Below, in pieces: positions 10,120 through 20,216 of a stretch of 64,000 bases of DNA. The notes beneath the pieces are model-generated. The model did no database searches. It had not been told where the DNA came from and saw only the letters and a program-made list of their open reading frames with translations. The translations under genes and the position numbers were made by a program. How positions within the stretch are numbered: position 1 is the stretch's first letter; each line of letters starts with the position of its first letter. Source of the DNA: an uncultured Bacilli bacterium (lineage in GTDB: Bacteria; Bacillota_I; Bacilli_A; RF39; UBA660); the NCBI GenBank assembly GCA_947624045.1, contig CANQIL010000001.1, positions 28,978 through 92,977 on the forward strand, in the 5' to 3' direction.

Positions 10120-10332
10120 ATGAAAATAAAAGCTAATAATTATGAAGCTAAAGAGGTAGTTAGAATTATTAGAGAATGGACTGAATTAACACAAAAAGAG
10201 TTTGGAAAGACTTTATCTAGAAGTAGAGATAGTATTAATAATATTGAAAATGGTAGAAATAGAATGTTTTTAAATGACTTTATTGATATGTGTAAGAAGC
10301 ATAATATTGATATTATAATAGAAAAAAAATAA
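10120..10332 (+). CDS. XRE/Cro-type helix-turn-helix transcriptional regulator
   Basis: About 70 aa with an HTH_3-like core (LTQKEFGKTLSRSRDSINNIENGRN). AGGTGA lies 5 nt before this ATG. Divergent from the paralog-1 gene. Confidence 0.8.
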   Translation: MKIKANNYEAKEVVRIIREWTELTQKEFGKTLSRSRDSINNIENGRNRMFLNDFIDMCKKHNIDIIIEKK

Positions 10333-10351
10333 GCTTATTAAAAGCCTATTA

Positions 10352-10609
10352 TTAAATAGAGTTAGCAAATATTCCAGCAGAAAATACTGCTACAAAGATG
10401 ACTATTAGAATTACTAAAAGGATTAAGTAACAAAAGTAAGACCTAGCATAATTTTTTAAATTGATATTGTTAGTTTCTCCAAAAGCAAATACTAATAAAA
10501 TAATAAAGCCAATGATTGGTAAAGCAAATAAAATTTGATAACCAAAATAGCCCCACATACTTATAGGTTTATATTCTAAGGGGATGTTTTTTAAGTTTTC
10601 TTTTTCCAT
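10352..10609 (-). CDS. small integral membrane protein, unknown function
   Basis: 85 aa with two or three long hydrophobic segments. No recognisable motif. Confidence 0.5.
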   Translation of the reverse strand: MEKENLKNIPLEYKPISMWGYFGYQILFALPIIGFIILLVFAFGETNNINLKNYARSYFCYLILLVILIVIFVAVFSAGIFANSI

Positions 10610-10742
10610 TCGTATACTCTCTCTTTACTGTAGATTAGCATATTTTCATCATATTAAAAATATTTATTTTTAAAATTGGAAATTTCCCTTTTTAATTAAT
10701 TAGTAATTTGATATAATTAAGTTAGTCTAGGAGGTATTTTTT

Positions 10743-11276
10743 ATGCTAGGTATTGTTATTGGAATTTGTGTATTAATACTATTAATTGTTATTTTAATAA
10801 TTGTTTATCATAATAAATATCAGTTTTGTGTTATAAAAATTGATAATGCTGAAGATGATATAGAGATTTATTTGGAAAAAAAGAAAGAGTTGTTAGAAAA
10901 AAGTATTCCTATTATTAATAAAGAATTAAAGAAAAAGGATTTTTTAGAAGAAATACCTTATATTATGGAAAAAGGATTAGACCATTTTGAACTTCATAAT
11001 AGTTTGAAAACAGCTTATAATGAGCTTTTTAAGACTATTGATGATAATGAGAAGTTACTTAAGAGTGATAGTCTTATTAAAATTATAGATGAACTTAATA
11101 GTAATGAAGAGGATATTATTGGAACGATTAAATTTTATAATGATACAGTAGTTGATTATAATAAATTAATAAGTTCTTTTCCGTCTAATGTTGTGGCTTT
11201 GTTTTGTAGATATAAGAAAAAGGATTTTTATAATAATGAAAAAAGAGAAATATATGAAATATTAAATGAAAGATAG
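10743..11276 (+). CDS. LemA family protein
   Basis: N-terminal TM helix. C-terminal FYNDTVVDYNKLISSFPSNVVA resembles the LemA YN..v..yN..i..FP.n signature. Confidence 0.65.
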   Translation: MLGIVIGICVLILLIVILIIVYHNKYQFCVIKIDNAEDDIEIYLEKKKELLEKSIPIINKELKKKDFLEEIPYIMEKGLDHFELHNSLKTAYNELFKTIDDNEKLLKSDSLIKIIDELNSNEEDIIGTIKFYNDTVVDYNKLISSFPSNVVALFCRYKKKDFYNNEKREIYEILNER

Positions 11277-11283
11277 GATAAGT

Positions 11284-12282
11284 ATGGATATTATAGAAGA
11301 TTTGAAAAAAAGAGCAAGGGTAGAAAGAAAAAGAATTGTTCTTCCGGAAATAATGGATAAGAGGGTTATTGAAGCGGCTTGTGCTATTATGGAAGAGGAC
11401 TTTTGTGATGTGATTTTAATTGGGACGAAAAGGGAAGTTGAGGAAGCTTTAGAAGTAGCCGATGTTAGTAAAGCACAAATTTATAGTCCTGATGATGAAG
11501 AACTTTTGGAAAAGTTAGTTAGTAAATTAGTTGAATTAAGAAAAGATAAAGGTATGACGGCAGAGGAAGCTAGGAATTTATTAGTGAGTGACTATATGTA
11601 CTATGCTTGTATGCTAGTAAAGCTAGGTTTAGCCGACGGGGTTGTATCAGGAGCGTGTCATTCGACGGCTAATACGTTGAGGCCGGCTTTGCAGATAATA
11701 AAAACGAAAAAAGATGTTGAGTTGGTATCGGCCTTTTTCTTAATGCAAGTGGAAAACTGTACGTATGGTGAAAAGGGAATTTTTATATTTGCAGATAGTG
11801 GCTTAGTTCAAAACCCAACTAGTCAGGAACTAGCAGAAATTGCAGGTTGTAGTGCTAAGAGCTTTGAGTACTTGGTTGGAGAGGAGCCGAGGGTGGCATT
11901 ACTTTCTTATTCAACAATGGGGAGTAGTAAACACGAAGACGTTGATAAAGTAGTTGAAGCAGTTAAATTAGCTAAAGAGAAATTTGCTAATTATAAAATA
12001 GACGGCGAGCTACAAGTTGATGCGGCAATTATTCCGGAGGTGGCGACTAGGAAAGCTCCAAATAGTGACGTAGCAGGAAAAGCAAATGTGTTGATATTTC
12101 CAAATCTAGACGCAGGCAATATTGGTTATAAATTAGTGCAACGTTTGGCTAAAGCTTCGGCTTATGGACCAATTTGTCAGGGAATGGCGGCGCCTATAAA
12201 TGATTTATCAAGAGGTTGCAGTATGGAAGATATAATAGGAGTCGTAGCCATTACGGCCGTACAAGTGCAAAGTAAAAACTAG
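11284..12282 (+). CDS. pta: phosphate acetyltransferase
   Basis: Collinear with remembered Bacillus Pta (RIVLPE..D.RV, GLADGVVSGACHSTANTLRPALQIIKT, NDLSRGC). Start set at MDIIEDL; the ORF track starts 18 nt earlier. Confidence 0.9.
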   Translation: MDIIEDLKKRARVERKRIVLPEIMDKRVIEAACAIMEEDFCDVILIGTKREVEEALEVADVSKAQIYSPDDEELLEKLVSKLVELRKDKGMTAEEARNLLVSDYMYYACMLVKLGLADGVVSGACHSTANTLRPALQIIKTKKDVELVSAFFLMQVENCTYGEKGIFIFADSGLVQNPTSQELAEIAGCSAKSFEYLVGEEPRVALLSYSTMGSSKHEDVDKVVEAVKLAKEKFANYKIDGELQVDAAIIPEVATRKAPNSDVAGKANVLIFPNLDAGNIGYKLVQRLAKASAYGPICQGMAAPINDLSRGCSMEDIIGVVAITAVQVQSKN

Positions 12283-12298
12283 TAGAAAGTTACTAGTT

Positions 12299-12976
12299 TT
12301 ATTCATCTATAGACCAATTAATTTCTTTAATACCGTGACTTTTTAGAAAGGCATTTGTTTTGGAAAAAGGCTTGCTTCCAAAGAATCCATTGTAAGCCGA
12401 AAATGGTGATGGGTGAGCTGATTCAATGACATAATGAATGGGATTGGTAATTAATTTCTTTTTAGCTCGAGCATAACTACCCCAAAGAATAAAAACAACA
12501 GGAGTAGTTTTTTCATTGATAATTTTAATTATTTCATCAGTAAATGTTTCCCAACCGTGATTTTTATGAGAAGTCGGTGTGTGGGCTTCAACTGTTAAAA
12601 CGGCATTTAGAAGTAATACACCCTCTTTAGTCCAAGGCTTTAAAGAGTTCTTTTTAGGAAAAGGGATTCCTAAATCATCTTGGAGTTCTTTAAAAATATT
12701 TTGTAAAGACGGAGGTTTTAATACTTCATTACTGACTGAGAAAGATAAACCCTCGGCTTGGTTAGGGCCGTGATATGGGTCTTGACCTAATATTACTACT
12801 TTAACATTATTATAATCAGTATAACGAAAAGCATTAAAAATTTCATTCTTTTTAGGATAAATTGTTTTTGTTTTGTATTCTTCATTAACAAAAGATAAAA
12901 GATTAGTGAAGTAGTCTTTTTGATATTCTTCTTGCAATAAAGAATCCCACGTATTGCCTATCATAATAGACATCAT
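12299..12976 (-). CDS. ung: uracil-DNA glycosylase
   Basis: VVILGQDPYHGPNQAEGLSFSV and HPSP motifs. Confidence 0.93.
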   Translation of the reverse strand: MMSIMIGNTWDSLLQEEYQKDYFTNLLSFVNEEYKTKTIYPKKNEIFNAFRYTDYNNVKVVILGQDPYHGPNQAEGLSFSVSNEVLKPPSLQNIFKELQDDLGIPFPKKNSLKPWTKEGVLLLNAVLTVEAHTPTSHKNHGWETFTDEIIKIINEKTTPVVFILWGSYARAKKKLITNPIHYVIESAHPSPFSAYNGFFGSKPFSKTNAFLKSHGIKEINWSIDE

Positions 12977-13033
12977 CCTCTCTTTAGTAAAAGTTTTTTT
13001 GGAAAATTATTGTCAGACTAAGGCTTTTCTTTT

Positions 13034-13489
13034 TTATTTATGATAGCTTTCATTGTTAATTATTTTAAATGAACGGTAAAGTTGTTCTAACAAAAGAACT
13101 CTGAATAATTGATGAGGAAATGTTAGTTTAGAAAAAGATAAGTGTAGTCTAGCAAGGGATTTTATATCCGGACTTAGACCATAGCTGCCACCTATAATGA
13201 AAGTTATGTTACTATTTTCTACTAATATTGTTTGAAGTTTGCAAGCTAGTTGGGGAGATGTTAAGTTTTCACCCTCTATTTCTAAAGTAATAATGTAGTC
13301 TTTGTCGGTAAGGTGCTTTTTTATTTTTGTTGCTTCTAAACTTAAGGCTTTGGACGGCTCAACTAGCCCCTCATCTTTAACTTCAATAATGTCAATGTTG
13401 GTATATTTTTGGAGTCTTTTTAAGTATTCATTTAGGGCTTCTTTTAAGTAAGATTCTTTGATAGAACCTACGGCAATTATTTTTATCAT
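13034..13489 (-). CDS. rlmH: 23S rRNA (pseudouridine1915-N3)-methyltransferase
   Basis: About 150-aa SPOUT protein, MIKIIAVGSIKE... ending ...NESYHK. Follows yycJ as in Bacilli. Confidence 0.9.
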   Translation of the reverse strand: MIKIIAVGSIKESYLKEALNEYLKRLQKYTNIDIIEVKDEGLVEPSKALSLEATKIKKHLTDKDYIITLEIEGENLTSPQLACKLQTILVENSNITFIIGGSYGLSPDIKSLARLHLSFSKLTFPHQLFRVLLLEQLYRSFKIINNESYHK

Positions 13490-13490
13490 A

Positions 13491-14246
13491 CTACACCTCA
13501 ATTAGGGGACTTTCTTCTCTTTGTCTGGCGATTAAAACAGTTATATCTTTATTAATGTTTTCTTCTTCAATAGCTTTTAAGGCAAGTTCTTCGGTGTTAT
13601 TTTGCTCGCTTAGGTGGGCTAATATTATATATTTTGTATTGTCCCCTACTAGTTCTTTTAGATATTTAGCCGTTGTTCTATTGGATAAGTGTCCGTGGTC
13701 ACTGATAACTCTTTCTTTGAGAAAGCGAGGATATGGTCCGTCCATTAACATTGCTTCATCGTGATTACTTTCAATAAAATAGGCATCTTTTTTGTGCATT
13801 TTGGCTAGAAGTTTGCGATTTATGTAACCTGTGTCGGTGATGTAAGCAATACTTTTGTCTTTATGAGTGATGACATAGCCGACGGAAAAAGGGGCGTCGT
13901 GGGAGGTGTGCATTAATTCTACTTCCACATCATTTAATTTAAAAGTGTCAGTGATGAAATGGCAACGTTCTTTGGGAACTTTATCTTTTAGGCTAGCATA
14001 CATTTCTTCCGGAATAAGGACGGGCAAGTCAGTATATTTTAAAAGAGCAGTTAAGCCTTTTACGTGGTCGGCGTGATTATGGGTAATTAAAATACCGGCA
14101 AAAGAAGCAAAGGATAGGGATAATTCTTCAATGCTTCTTTTTAAGGTTAGGTATGAAATACCCATATCAATTATGAAGTTTGTTTTATTGCATAAGACTA
14201 GTGAGCAATTGCCTTTAGAGCCACTAGCTAATATTTTTAGTTGCAT
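13491..14246 (-). CDS. yycJ: MBL-fold metallo-hydrolase (YycJ/WalJ-like)
   Basis: HxHxDH motif (THNHADH). Position between an M23 peptidase gene and rlmH. Confidence 0.8.
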   Translation of the reverse strand: MQLKILASGSKGNCSLVLCNKTNFIIDMGISYLTLKRSIEELSLSFASFAGILITHNHADHVKGLTALLKYTDLPVLIPEEMYASLKDKVPKERCHFITDTFKLNDVEVELMHTSHDAPFSVGYVITHKDKSIAYITDTGYINRKLLAKMHKKDAYFIESNHDEAMLMDGPYPRFLKERVISDHGHLSNRTTAKYLKELVGDNTKYIILAHLSEQNNTEELALKAIEEENINKDITVLIARQREESPLIEV

Positions 14247-14247
14247 T

Positions 14248-15759
14248 TTAGAAGAAGTTCATAGCGTTTTGAGCTATGCCTCCACGATATGGATAGCCAT
14301 ACCATATAGCAAAGTGGACGTGTATTCCTGTTGCCATACCGGTCATTCCCATACCACCAATTACTTGACCTTTAACAACATTATCACCAACACTAACCTT
14401 ACGACAACCTGGACACATATGGGCATACATTGAATAGTAACCGTTATGGTGGTCAATTATTATGTATTCACCATTGTCACCATAACCACCGGCATAGCCA
14501 CCAGGTTTCTTTCTAGAATCAACTACTGTTCCGGCTTGAGCGGCAAAGATATTTGAGCCATAACCACAACCGGCTATATCAGTTCCGTCGTGTAATACTC
14601 CCCAACGATAACCAAATGGACTTGAGATATTTGAACAAGTAGCAGGCCAGCCCCATTGACCTTTTGTTGGTACAGGTACGCCATAGCCTACTGTATATGT
14701 AGGGGTCTTGGTACCTTTAACAATTATTTCGGTAACAGGCTCTTTTAAAGTTTCCGTAGCGGTATTTTGAAGACTAATTATTTCACCATTTCTTTTAATA
14801 ACTCTTTGGGTTACTTTTTCTTCTCCTTTAATACCGGCTTGGATAACTTCTGAATAATCAGTATATTTTTCATCGTCATATTGTGTTTCTGTTGTGAAGT
14901 TTTTTTCTTGACGAAGAACGACATAGTCATCTTCAACAACATTAAATTGTGGTCTTATTATACCTAGTGTTACTTCTTGACCAGGTGATAACAAACTGTT
15001 TTCATCAGTAAAATTAGTATTAGCAATTAGAAATTCCTCAGTTGATAATTTATTTTCAAAGGCTACTTTAGAGATAGTGTCACCTTTTTTTACGGTGTAA
15101 GTAGCTTGCTTTTCCGTTGTACCAAATAGTAAGTATTTTGTTAGGTCTTCTTCATTTTGATAGATTGTTTTGTCAACGGGGATGTTTTGTTTTTTAATTG
15201 TTATCTTATTTTCAATATAGATATTTTTGATAATACTACCGGTGTCTTCAATTTCTTCTTGGGTACCCTCGGCATAGGCATTATAGTCACTTTCAGGAAT
15301 AAAGGATTTTACCGTTTTTTGAATGGCACTTTCGAACATTTTTTTATCTAGACAGTAGATAATTTTGGTAGTTCCTTTTATTTTTTTGCCGTTAGCGTCT
15401 TGGGTATCAAGTCCTTTTATTTTTATCATATATCCACTAATAGTAAAAGGAGAAATATCTTTTATTTCACTGTATATTTCTTCAACGGTTTTGATGTCGT
15501 TAGAGTAAGTTATTTCTTTTACAATGTCTAAGTCTTCGGGTAGGTAAACTTTGGAAACTTTGTATTTGTCTTTTATTTCTTGTTGCTTTTTATCGATGTA
15601 GTCTTCAAGGCGTTCTTTGGATGTTATTAGACCAAGGGATTTGCCTTTTAGATAGACGTGATAGACAGTTTGGGGTTTTAATTCCATAGTTTTAAAGCCT
15701 AAGCTGACAGTTAGGGATAGTATTAAAATTAGGATTAGGATTATTTTGGGTCTTTTCAT
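14248..15759 (-). CDS. LysM/G5-domain M23 family metallopeptidase
   Basis: Signal anchor. LysM-like YTVKKGDTISKVA. M23 motifs HDGTDIA and HMCPG...GMATGIHVHF. Confidence 0.85.
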   Translation of the reverse strand: MKRPKIILILILILSLTVSLGFKTMELKPQTVYHVYLKGKSLGLITSKERLEDYIDKKQQEIKDKYKVSKVYLPEDLDIVKEITYSNDIKTVEEIYSEIKDISPFTISGYMIKIKGLDTQDANGKKIKGTTKIIYCLDKKMFESAIQKTVKSFIPESDYNAYAEGTQEEIEDTGSIIKNIYIENKITIKKQNIPVDKTIYQNEEDLTKYLLFGTTEKQATYTVKKGDTISKVAFENKLSTEEFLIANTNFTDENSLLSPGQEVTLGIIRPQFNVVEDDYVVLRQEKNFTTETQYDDEKYTDYSEVIQAGIKGEEKVTQRVIKRNGEIISLQNTATETLKEPVTEIIVKGTKTPTYTVGYGVPVPTKGQWGWPATCSNISSPFGYRWGVLHDGTDIAGCGYGSNIFAAQAGTVVDSRKKPGGYAGGYGDNGEYIIIDHHNGYYSMYAHMCPGCRKVSVGDNVVKGQVIGGMGMTGMATGIHVHFAIWYGYPYRGGIAQNAMNFF

Positions 15760-17117
15760 TCTTTATTTGCCTCCGTATCAGTTTTGTCTTTACGTAAATT
15801 TAAAAAAGTTGATGTATTTTTTTTGAAAAGTAGTTCTATAGTAGCGGTTGGACCGTTACGATGTTTGCCGATGATTAGTTCGCTTATACTGTTATTGTCT
15901 TCGCTACGAGCTTCTTTATTGTAGTAATCATCGCGGTAAAGGAATGCAACAATATCGGCGTCTTGTTCAATGGAGCCTGATTCACGTAAGTCGCTCATTA
16001 GAGGTCGTTTGTCTTCACGACCCTCAACACTACGAGATAATTGGGATAAGGCTATGACGGGAACATTTAATTCCATAGCTAGAGTTTTTAGGCTTCTTGA
16101 AATATCAGATACTTCTTGTTGACGATTAGCTCCATAATTTTTGCCACCGGATATTAGTTGAAGATAGTCGATGACGATTAAGCTTAAGCCTTGTTCACTA
16201 CTAGCTAGACGACGACATTTAGCTCTTATTTCACCTATCGTTATACCGGGTGTGTCATCAATGACCATATTGGAATTAGCTAGGCGGGAAGCGGCTTCAT
16301 TGATTCTTTTCCAGTCGGTATTTAAAAGATTACCGGTACGTAATTTAAAGCCCTCGATTTGACCTAGGGATGAGAGAATACGCATAGCTAGTTGCTCCGC
16401 ACTCATCTCTAAATTGAAAACGGCAACGGCTTTTTCTTGTTGCATAGCAATATGGGTTGCTAAATTAAGGGCAAAGGCCGTTTTTCCCATAGCGGGACGA
16501 GCCGCAATAATTATGAATTCGTTGGGATGAAGACCGGTTGTTAGTTTATCAAAGTCATACCAACCTGTTGCTAAGCCGGTAATTTCACCTTTATTTTCAG
16601 ATAGTCTTTCTAGGTCTGATTGTGTTTTAGCTAGAACATCTTTAATAGAACGAAACTCACTTGATTTTCTATTTTTGACAATATTTAATATTTTCTTTTC
16701 AGAATTATCTAAAATTTCATTTACTGTTTCATCACTACTGTAGCCCTCTGAGGCTATTTCCGTAGCAGTTTCAATTAGGTTTCTTAAAATGGCAGCTTCT
16801 TCAACACTTTTAATGTAGTAATCAATATTAGCGGCCGTAGGAACAAAATTCAAAACTTCTGATAAGTACTCTACTCCACCAACGGCGTTTAGTTCATTTT
16901 TGTTTTTAAGATAACTTGTTATGGTTGTTAAGTCAATTGGCGTTTTTTGGTCCATTAAGGCTATCATTGCCGAGAAAATTTTTTCATTTTTTTCATCATA
17001 AAATGCTTGTGGGACTAGGTTTTCTACGGCTTTTTGTAAAGCATATTTGGAAAGAAAACAAGCTCCTAGTACAGACTGTTCGGCTTCAAAATTGTTGGGT
17101 AGATTTTTTGTTGGCAT
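15756..17117 (-). CDS. dnaB: replicative DNA helicase
   Basis: Walker A ARPAMGKTAF. DnaB-family blocks (IIDYLQLI, SQLSR, IEQDADIV). Confidence 0.95.
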   Translation of the reverse strand: MPTKNLPNNFEAEQSVLGACFLSKYALQKAVENLVPQAFYDEKNEKIFSAMIALMDQKTPIDLTTITSYLKNKNELNAVGGVEYLSEVLNFVPTAANIDYYIKSVEEAAILRNLIETATEIASEGYSSDETVNEILDNSEKKILNIVKNRKSSEFRSIKDVLAKTQSDLERLSENKGEITGLATGWYDFDKLTTGLHPNEFIIIAARPAMGKTAFALNLATHIAMQQEKAVAVFNLEMSAEQLAMRILSSLGQIEGFKLRTGNLLNTDWKRINEAASRLANSNMVIDDTPGITIGEIRAKCRRLASSEQGLSLIVIDYLQLISGGKNYGANRQQEVSDISRSLKTLAMELNVPVIALSQLSRSVEGREDKRPLMSDLRESGSIEQDADIVAFLYRDDYYNKEARSEDNNSISELIIGKHRNGPTATIELLFKKNTSTFLNLRKDKTDTEANKE

Positions 17118-17150
17118 TTTATCACGTCCTTTTTTGTTGTTTTCTTAGCT

Positions 17151-17591
17151 TTACTTGATTAAATGAACTTTTATTTCGGCAGTTATACTTGGGTAGAGAT
17201 TTATTTTTACATTATGAAAACCTAATGAAGATAAAGGCGTTTCTAGGGCAATAGCACTTTTTTCTATTTTATAGCCTAGTTTCATTAATTCATCTTTAAT
17301 TTGTTTTACACTTATACTACCAAAGACTTTGTCATTAGCTCCTGTTTTTACTTTAAATTCTAAAGTGATTTTAGCAAGTTCTTCTTTTAAGGATAGATAT
17401 TTCTTTTTATTTTCTTCATCTTCTTGAGCCTTTTTTTGTTGTTCGTGAGAAAGCTTGGCTAAAGATTCTTTAGTTTTCTTTATGGCATAACCGTTTTTAA
17501 TTAGGAAATTTTCGGCATAGCCGTCTTTGACATTTTTAATATCCCCTTTTTTTCCTTGATTTTTTAGGTCTTTTAGAAAAATTACTTCCAT
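17151..17591 (-). CDS. rplI: 50S ribosomal protein L9
   Basis: [30 protein letters not shown] matches the L9 N-terminus. Start chosen at MEV. Confidence 0.93.
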   Translation of the reverse strand: MEVIFLKDLKNQGKKGDIKNVKDGYAENFLIKNGYAIKKTKESLAKLSHEQQKKAQEDEENKKKYLSLKEELAKITLEFKVKTGANDKVFGSISVKQIKDELMKLGYKIEKSAIALETPLSSLGFHNVKINLYPSITAEIKVHLIK

Positions 17592-17704
17592 TTTAATCAC
17601 TTTTCCTTTCTCTATCTTTGGCTTGTGTTTTTAATTTTTTAGAATGTTTTAGTTGGTGGTTGCGTTTAGTTTTGTTAGTGTTTATTTCTGCGTTTTGGGT
17701 GGTA

Positions 17705-18685
17705 TTATTCTTCTTTTAAATATTTTTTTAGTTTTTGTTCAACTTTACTTATAGTTGTTTTTTCGAATTTAGCGGCACCATTGTAGTTGTCACCGCCACC
17801 GCCTAGTTTTTCTAGGATTTTACTTATGTCATAGTTTCCTAGGCTTCGAGCGCTTATACCGATAGTGTCTTTACCAATTTTGCCTATTACGAATGAGGCT
17901 TCAATGTTATTGAAGAATAGTAAAGTGTCGGCTATTTTGGCTAGGTCTTCACGACGATAAATGGTATAGGGTGTTGCTTTGGTAAAGGCTATTTTATCAT
18001 TGATAGTTTCAATACCAGCAAGAAGTTTTTGTCTTTCGGTGTATTCAATGATGTCTTGTTTAAGTAGATATTGCACTTTTTTGGCACTGCCACCTAGACT
18101 TGATAAGTAATAAGCTGAGTAGTAGGTTTCAGGTTTGGTTTTTAAAGTGAAATTGTTGGTATCTAAGACTATGCCGGCTAAGAGAATGGTGGCATAATAA
18201 GATTCAAGTTCTACATCGTAATATTCGATTAGTTGTGTAATCATTTCACAGACACTTGAGGCATCGGTATCGGCTATTATAGTAGCGTCTTTGATAGTAG
18301 TTTTACCAAGTTCGTGGTGGTCGATTATTAATTTTTTATCAATTTTTGTTAGAACTTCTTTACTTTGAACAAGGTCTTCTTTATTGGTATCTAGAATCAT
18401 TAGTAAGTTCTTTTGTTTTCTTGGATACAAATATTTGTCTAGTTCTTCACTTTTAATGATGTCAATACAACCCTCTAGTTCTCTTAAGACTTTTTCAACA
18501 CCTAATTCGTGGGTGGTGTCATCTATTATTAAGAAGCATTTTTTCTTTTTACGCTTTAAAATCATATACATACCAATTGAACTTCCTAAAGCGTCTAAGT
18601 CTAAGTCTTTATGGGCCATTATGAAAATTGTTTTCGCTTGTCGAAGTCTTTTGTTTAGTTTTCTGCGTTCATCTATTATCCCCAT
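17705..18685 (-). CDS. DHH/DHHA1 family phosphoesterase (GdpP C-terminal-half-like)
   Basis: DxD (HKDLDLDALGSS), DHH (IIDHH) and DHHA1 glycine motif (GGGGDNYNGA). Occupies the gdpP position upstream of rplI but is only 326 aa. Confidence 0.75.
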   Translation of the reverse strand: MGIIDERRKLNKRLRQAKTIFIMAHKDLDLDALGSSIGMYMILKRKKKKCFLIIDDTTHELGVEKVLRELEGCIDIIKSEELDKYLYPRKQKNLLMILDTNKEDLVQSKEVLTKIDKKLIIDHHELGKTTIKDATIIADTDASSVCEMITQLIEYYDVELESYYATILLAGIVLDTNNFTLKTKPETYYSAYYLSSLGGSAKKVQYLLKQDIIEYTERQKLLAGIETINDKIAFTKATPYTIYRREDLAKIADTLLFFNNIEASFVIGKIGKDTIGISARSLGNYDISKILEKLGGGGDNYNGAAKFEKTTISKVEQKLKKYLKEE

Positions 18686-18819
18686 TTAGTCCTCCTTTTA
18701 AAGTACATATTTATTATATAATAAATAGCTAGTTTTGTCTAATAAAAGAGGTGGTCAATATAGCTTTTTTAGAAAGCTTTATAATGAAAAGAAAAAGCCC
18801 ACTAAATGTGAAGCTTTTT

Positions 18820-19035
18820 TTATTTTGCGTATGGTAAAAGGGCTATTGCACGAGCTCTTTTAACTTGAGTAGAAATGTATCTTTGATGTAAGGCACAGTT
18901 ACCGGTAATTCTTCTTGGTACTATTTTGCCTTTTTCATTAATATATCTTTTTAATGTTTCTGGGTCTTTGTAATCTACAGTTTTGCCAGCACACATCATA
19001 CATACTTTTTTCTTTCTACGATTAAATTCTGCCAT
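18820..19035 (-). CDS. rpsR: 30S ribosomal protein S18
   Basis: CxxC...YKD...L.R....GKI.PRRITG...HQR signature. Confidence 0.95.
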   Translation of the reverse strand: MAEFNRRKKKVCMMCAGKTVDYKDPETLKRYINEKGKIVPRRITGNCALHQRYISTQVKRARAIALLPYAK

Positions 19036-19050
19036 TTTTTATCCTCCTTA

Positions 19051-19542
19051 TTAGAATGGTAATTCATCGTCACTAATTTCAATACTGGCTCCGAAGTCGG
19101 CAAAAGGATTACTGTCAATGTCTGTTCCTTTTTGCTCTGATGAGTCGCTAAAATCATAAGGGGTAGGCTCAGGAATGTCAGTATTATTAGATGACGGCAT
19201 ACTATGATTTGAATTAGTTGAGGAATTTTTTGAGCCTAAGAATTCGACATTATCCGCAACAACTTCCGTAACGTATCTTCTTTGACCGTCATTGCCGTCG
19301 TAAGTTCTTGATTGAAGACGACCGTCAATTGCGACTTGGCTACCTTGAGATAGATAGTTCTTTACGTTTTCGGCTTGTTTTCTCCAAACAACAATGTTAA
19401 TAAAGTCGGCTTCTCTTTCGCCTTGTTGATTTGTAAAATTTCTATTTACGGCAAGGGAAAAAGTTGCGACAGGAATGTTGCTACCTGTATATCTTAATTC
19501 AGGGTCCCTAGTTAATCTTCCTATTAAAAATACCTTATTCAT
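19051..19542 (-). CDS. ssb: single-stranded DNA-binding protein
   Basis: OB-fold N-terminus MNKVFLIGRLTRDPELRYT and acidic tip DDELPF. Confidence 0.95.
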   Translation of the reverse strand: MNKVFLIGRLTRDPELRYTGSNIPVATFSLAVNRNFTNQQGEREADFINIVVWRKQAENVKNYLSQGSQVAIDGRLQSRTYDGNDGQRRYVTEVVADNVEFLGSKNSSTNSNHSMPSSNNTDIPEPTPYDFSDSSEQKGTDIDSNPFADFGASIEISDDELPF

Positions 19543-19553
19543 AAAAATACCTC

Positions 19554-19844
19554 TTATTTTTCTTCTACTTTGACAACTAAATGACGAAGTAGATTTTCAT
19601 TAATTCTTGCGACACGGTCAAATTCTCTTATAGCTTCTACAGGAGATTCTATAGTGTATAGATAGTAGTATCCTGTTTGAAATTTGTTAATTTCATAAGC
19701 TAGTTCTCTTTGGCCCATAGCTTTTTCTTCAATAATTGTTGCTTTTTCATCAGTTAATACCTTTTTCATATCTTCAGCTATTTTTTTGATTTGTGCTTCT
19801 TCAATGTCAGGTCTTACGATGAAAGTAATTTCATATTTGTTCAT
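19554..19844 (-). CDS. rpsF: 30S ribosomal protein S6
   Basis: MNKYEITFIVRPD.... GGAGGTG lies 7 nt upstream of this ATG. First gene of rpsF-ssb-rpsR. Confidence 0.93.
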   Translation of the reverse strand: MNKYEITFIVRPDIEEAQIKKIAEDMKKVLTDEKATIIEEKAMGQRELAYEINKFQTGYYYLYTIESPVEAIREFDRVARINENLLRHLVVKVEEK

Positions 19845-19963
19845 TTTTTGCACCTCCTTTTGGACTTATGGCTATCAAAGATAGCAAGGAGTATTAAAAT
19901 ACTCGGTATTATTATAGCAAACAAAAGTTTATTTGTAAACAACTTTTAAATCAAATTTTTTGG

Positions 19964-19998
19964 ATAAAAAAAGGTTAATTCTAGAAATTCGACCTTTT
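19964..19998 (-). terminator. rho-independent terminator downstream of the template-like repeat
   Basis: Minus strand AAAAGGU..AAUU-ucuag-AAUU.ACCUUUU followed by a U run. Separates the cassette from the rpsF promoter (TTTACA, 17-nt spacer, TATAAT). Confidence 0.55.
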
Positions 19999-20008
19999 GC
20001 CTGAAATA

Positions 20009-20170
20009 GAGTAAATCGCTCTATGGCACGAGAGCTAAACGGCAAGAGTAGTTGCTGTGGGAATAGCCAGAGTTGTTGTGCACCGTCTAGAACACTCCTG
20101 CATTCGTGGTATTGTTGTAGTTGCCGCCGCGTTTGAACCACGGGTTACTGCGGTTGACAAAGTTGGCATA
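20009..20170 (-). repeat. DGR-like template repeat (TR), noncoding GC-rich copy of the 3' end of the upstream gene
   Basis: Homologous to 20264-20428. Carries an in-frame TAG. The 81-nt core 20090-20170 has AAC x5, AAT x2 and AAA where the coding copy varies. Confidence 0.7.
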
Positions 20171-20216
20171 GCAAAACAACCGAGAAACAGAGAAACTTTT
20201 TACGAATAAATCCCTA

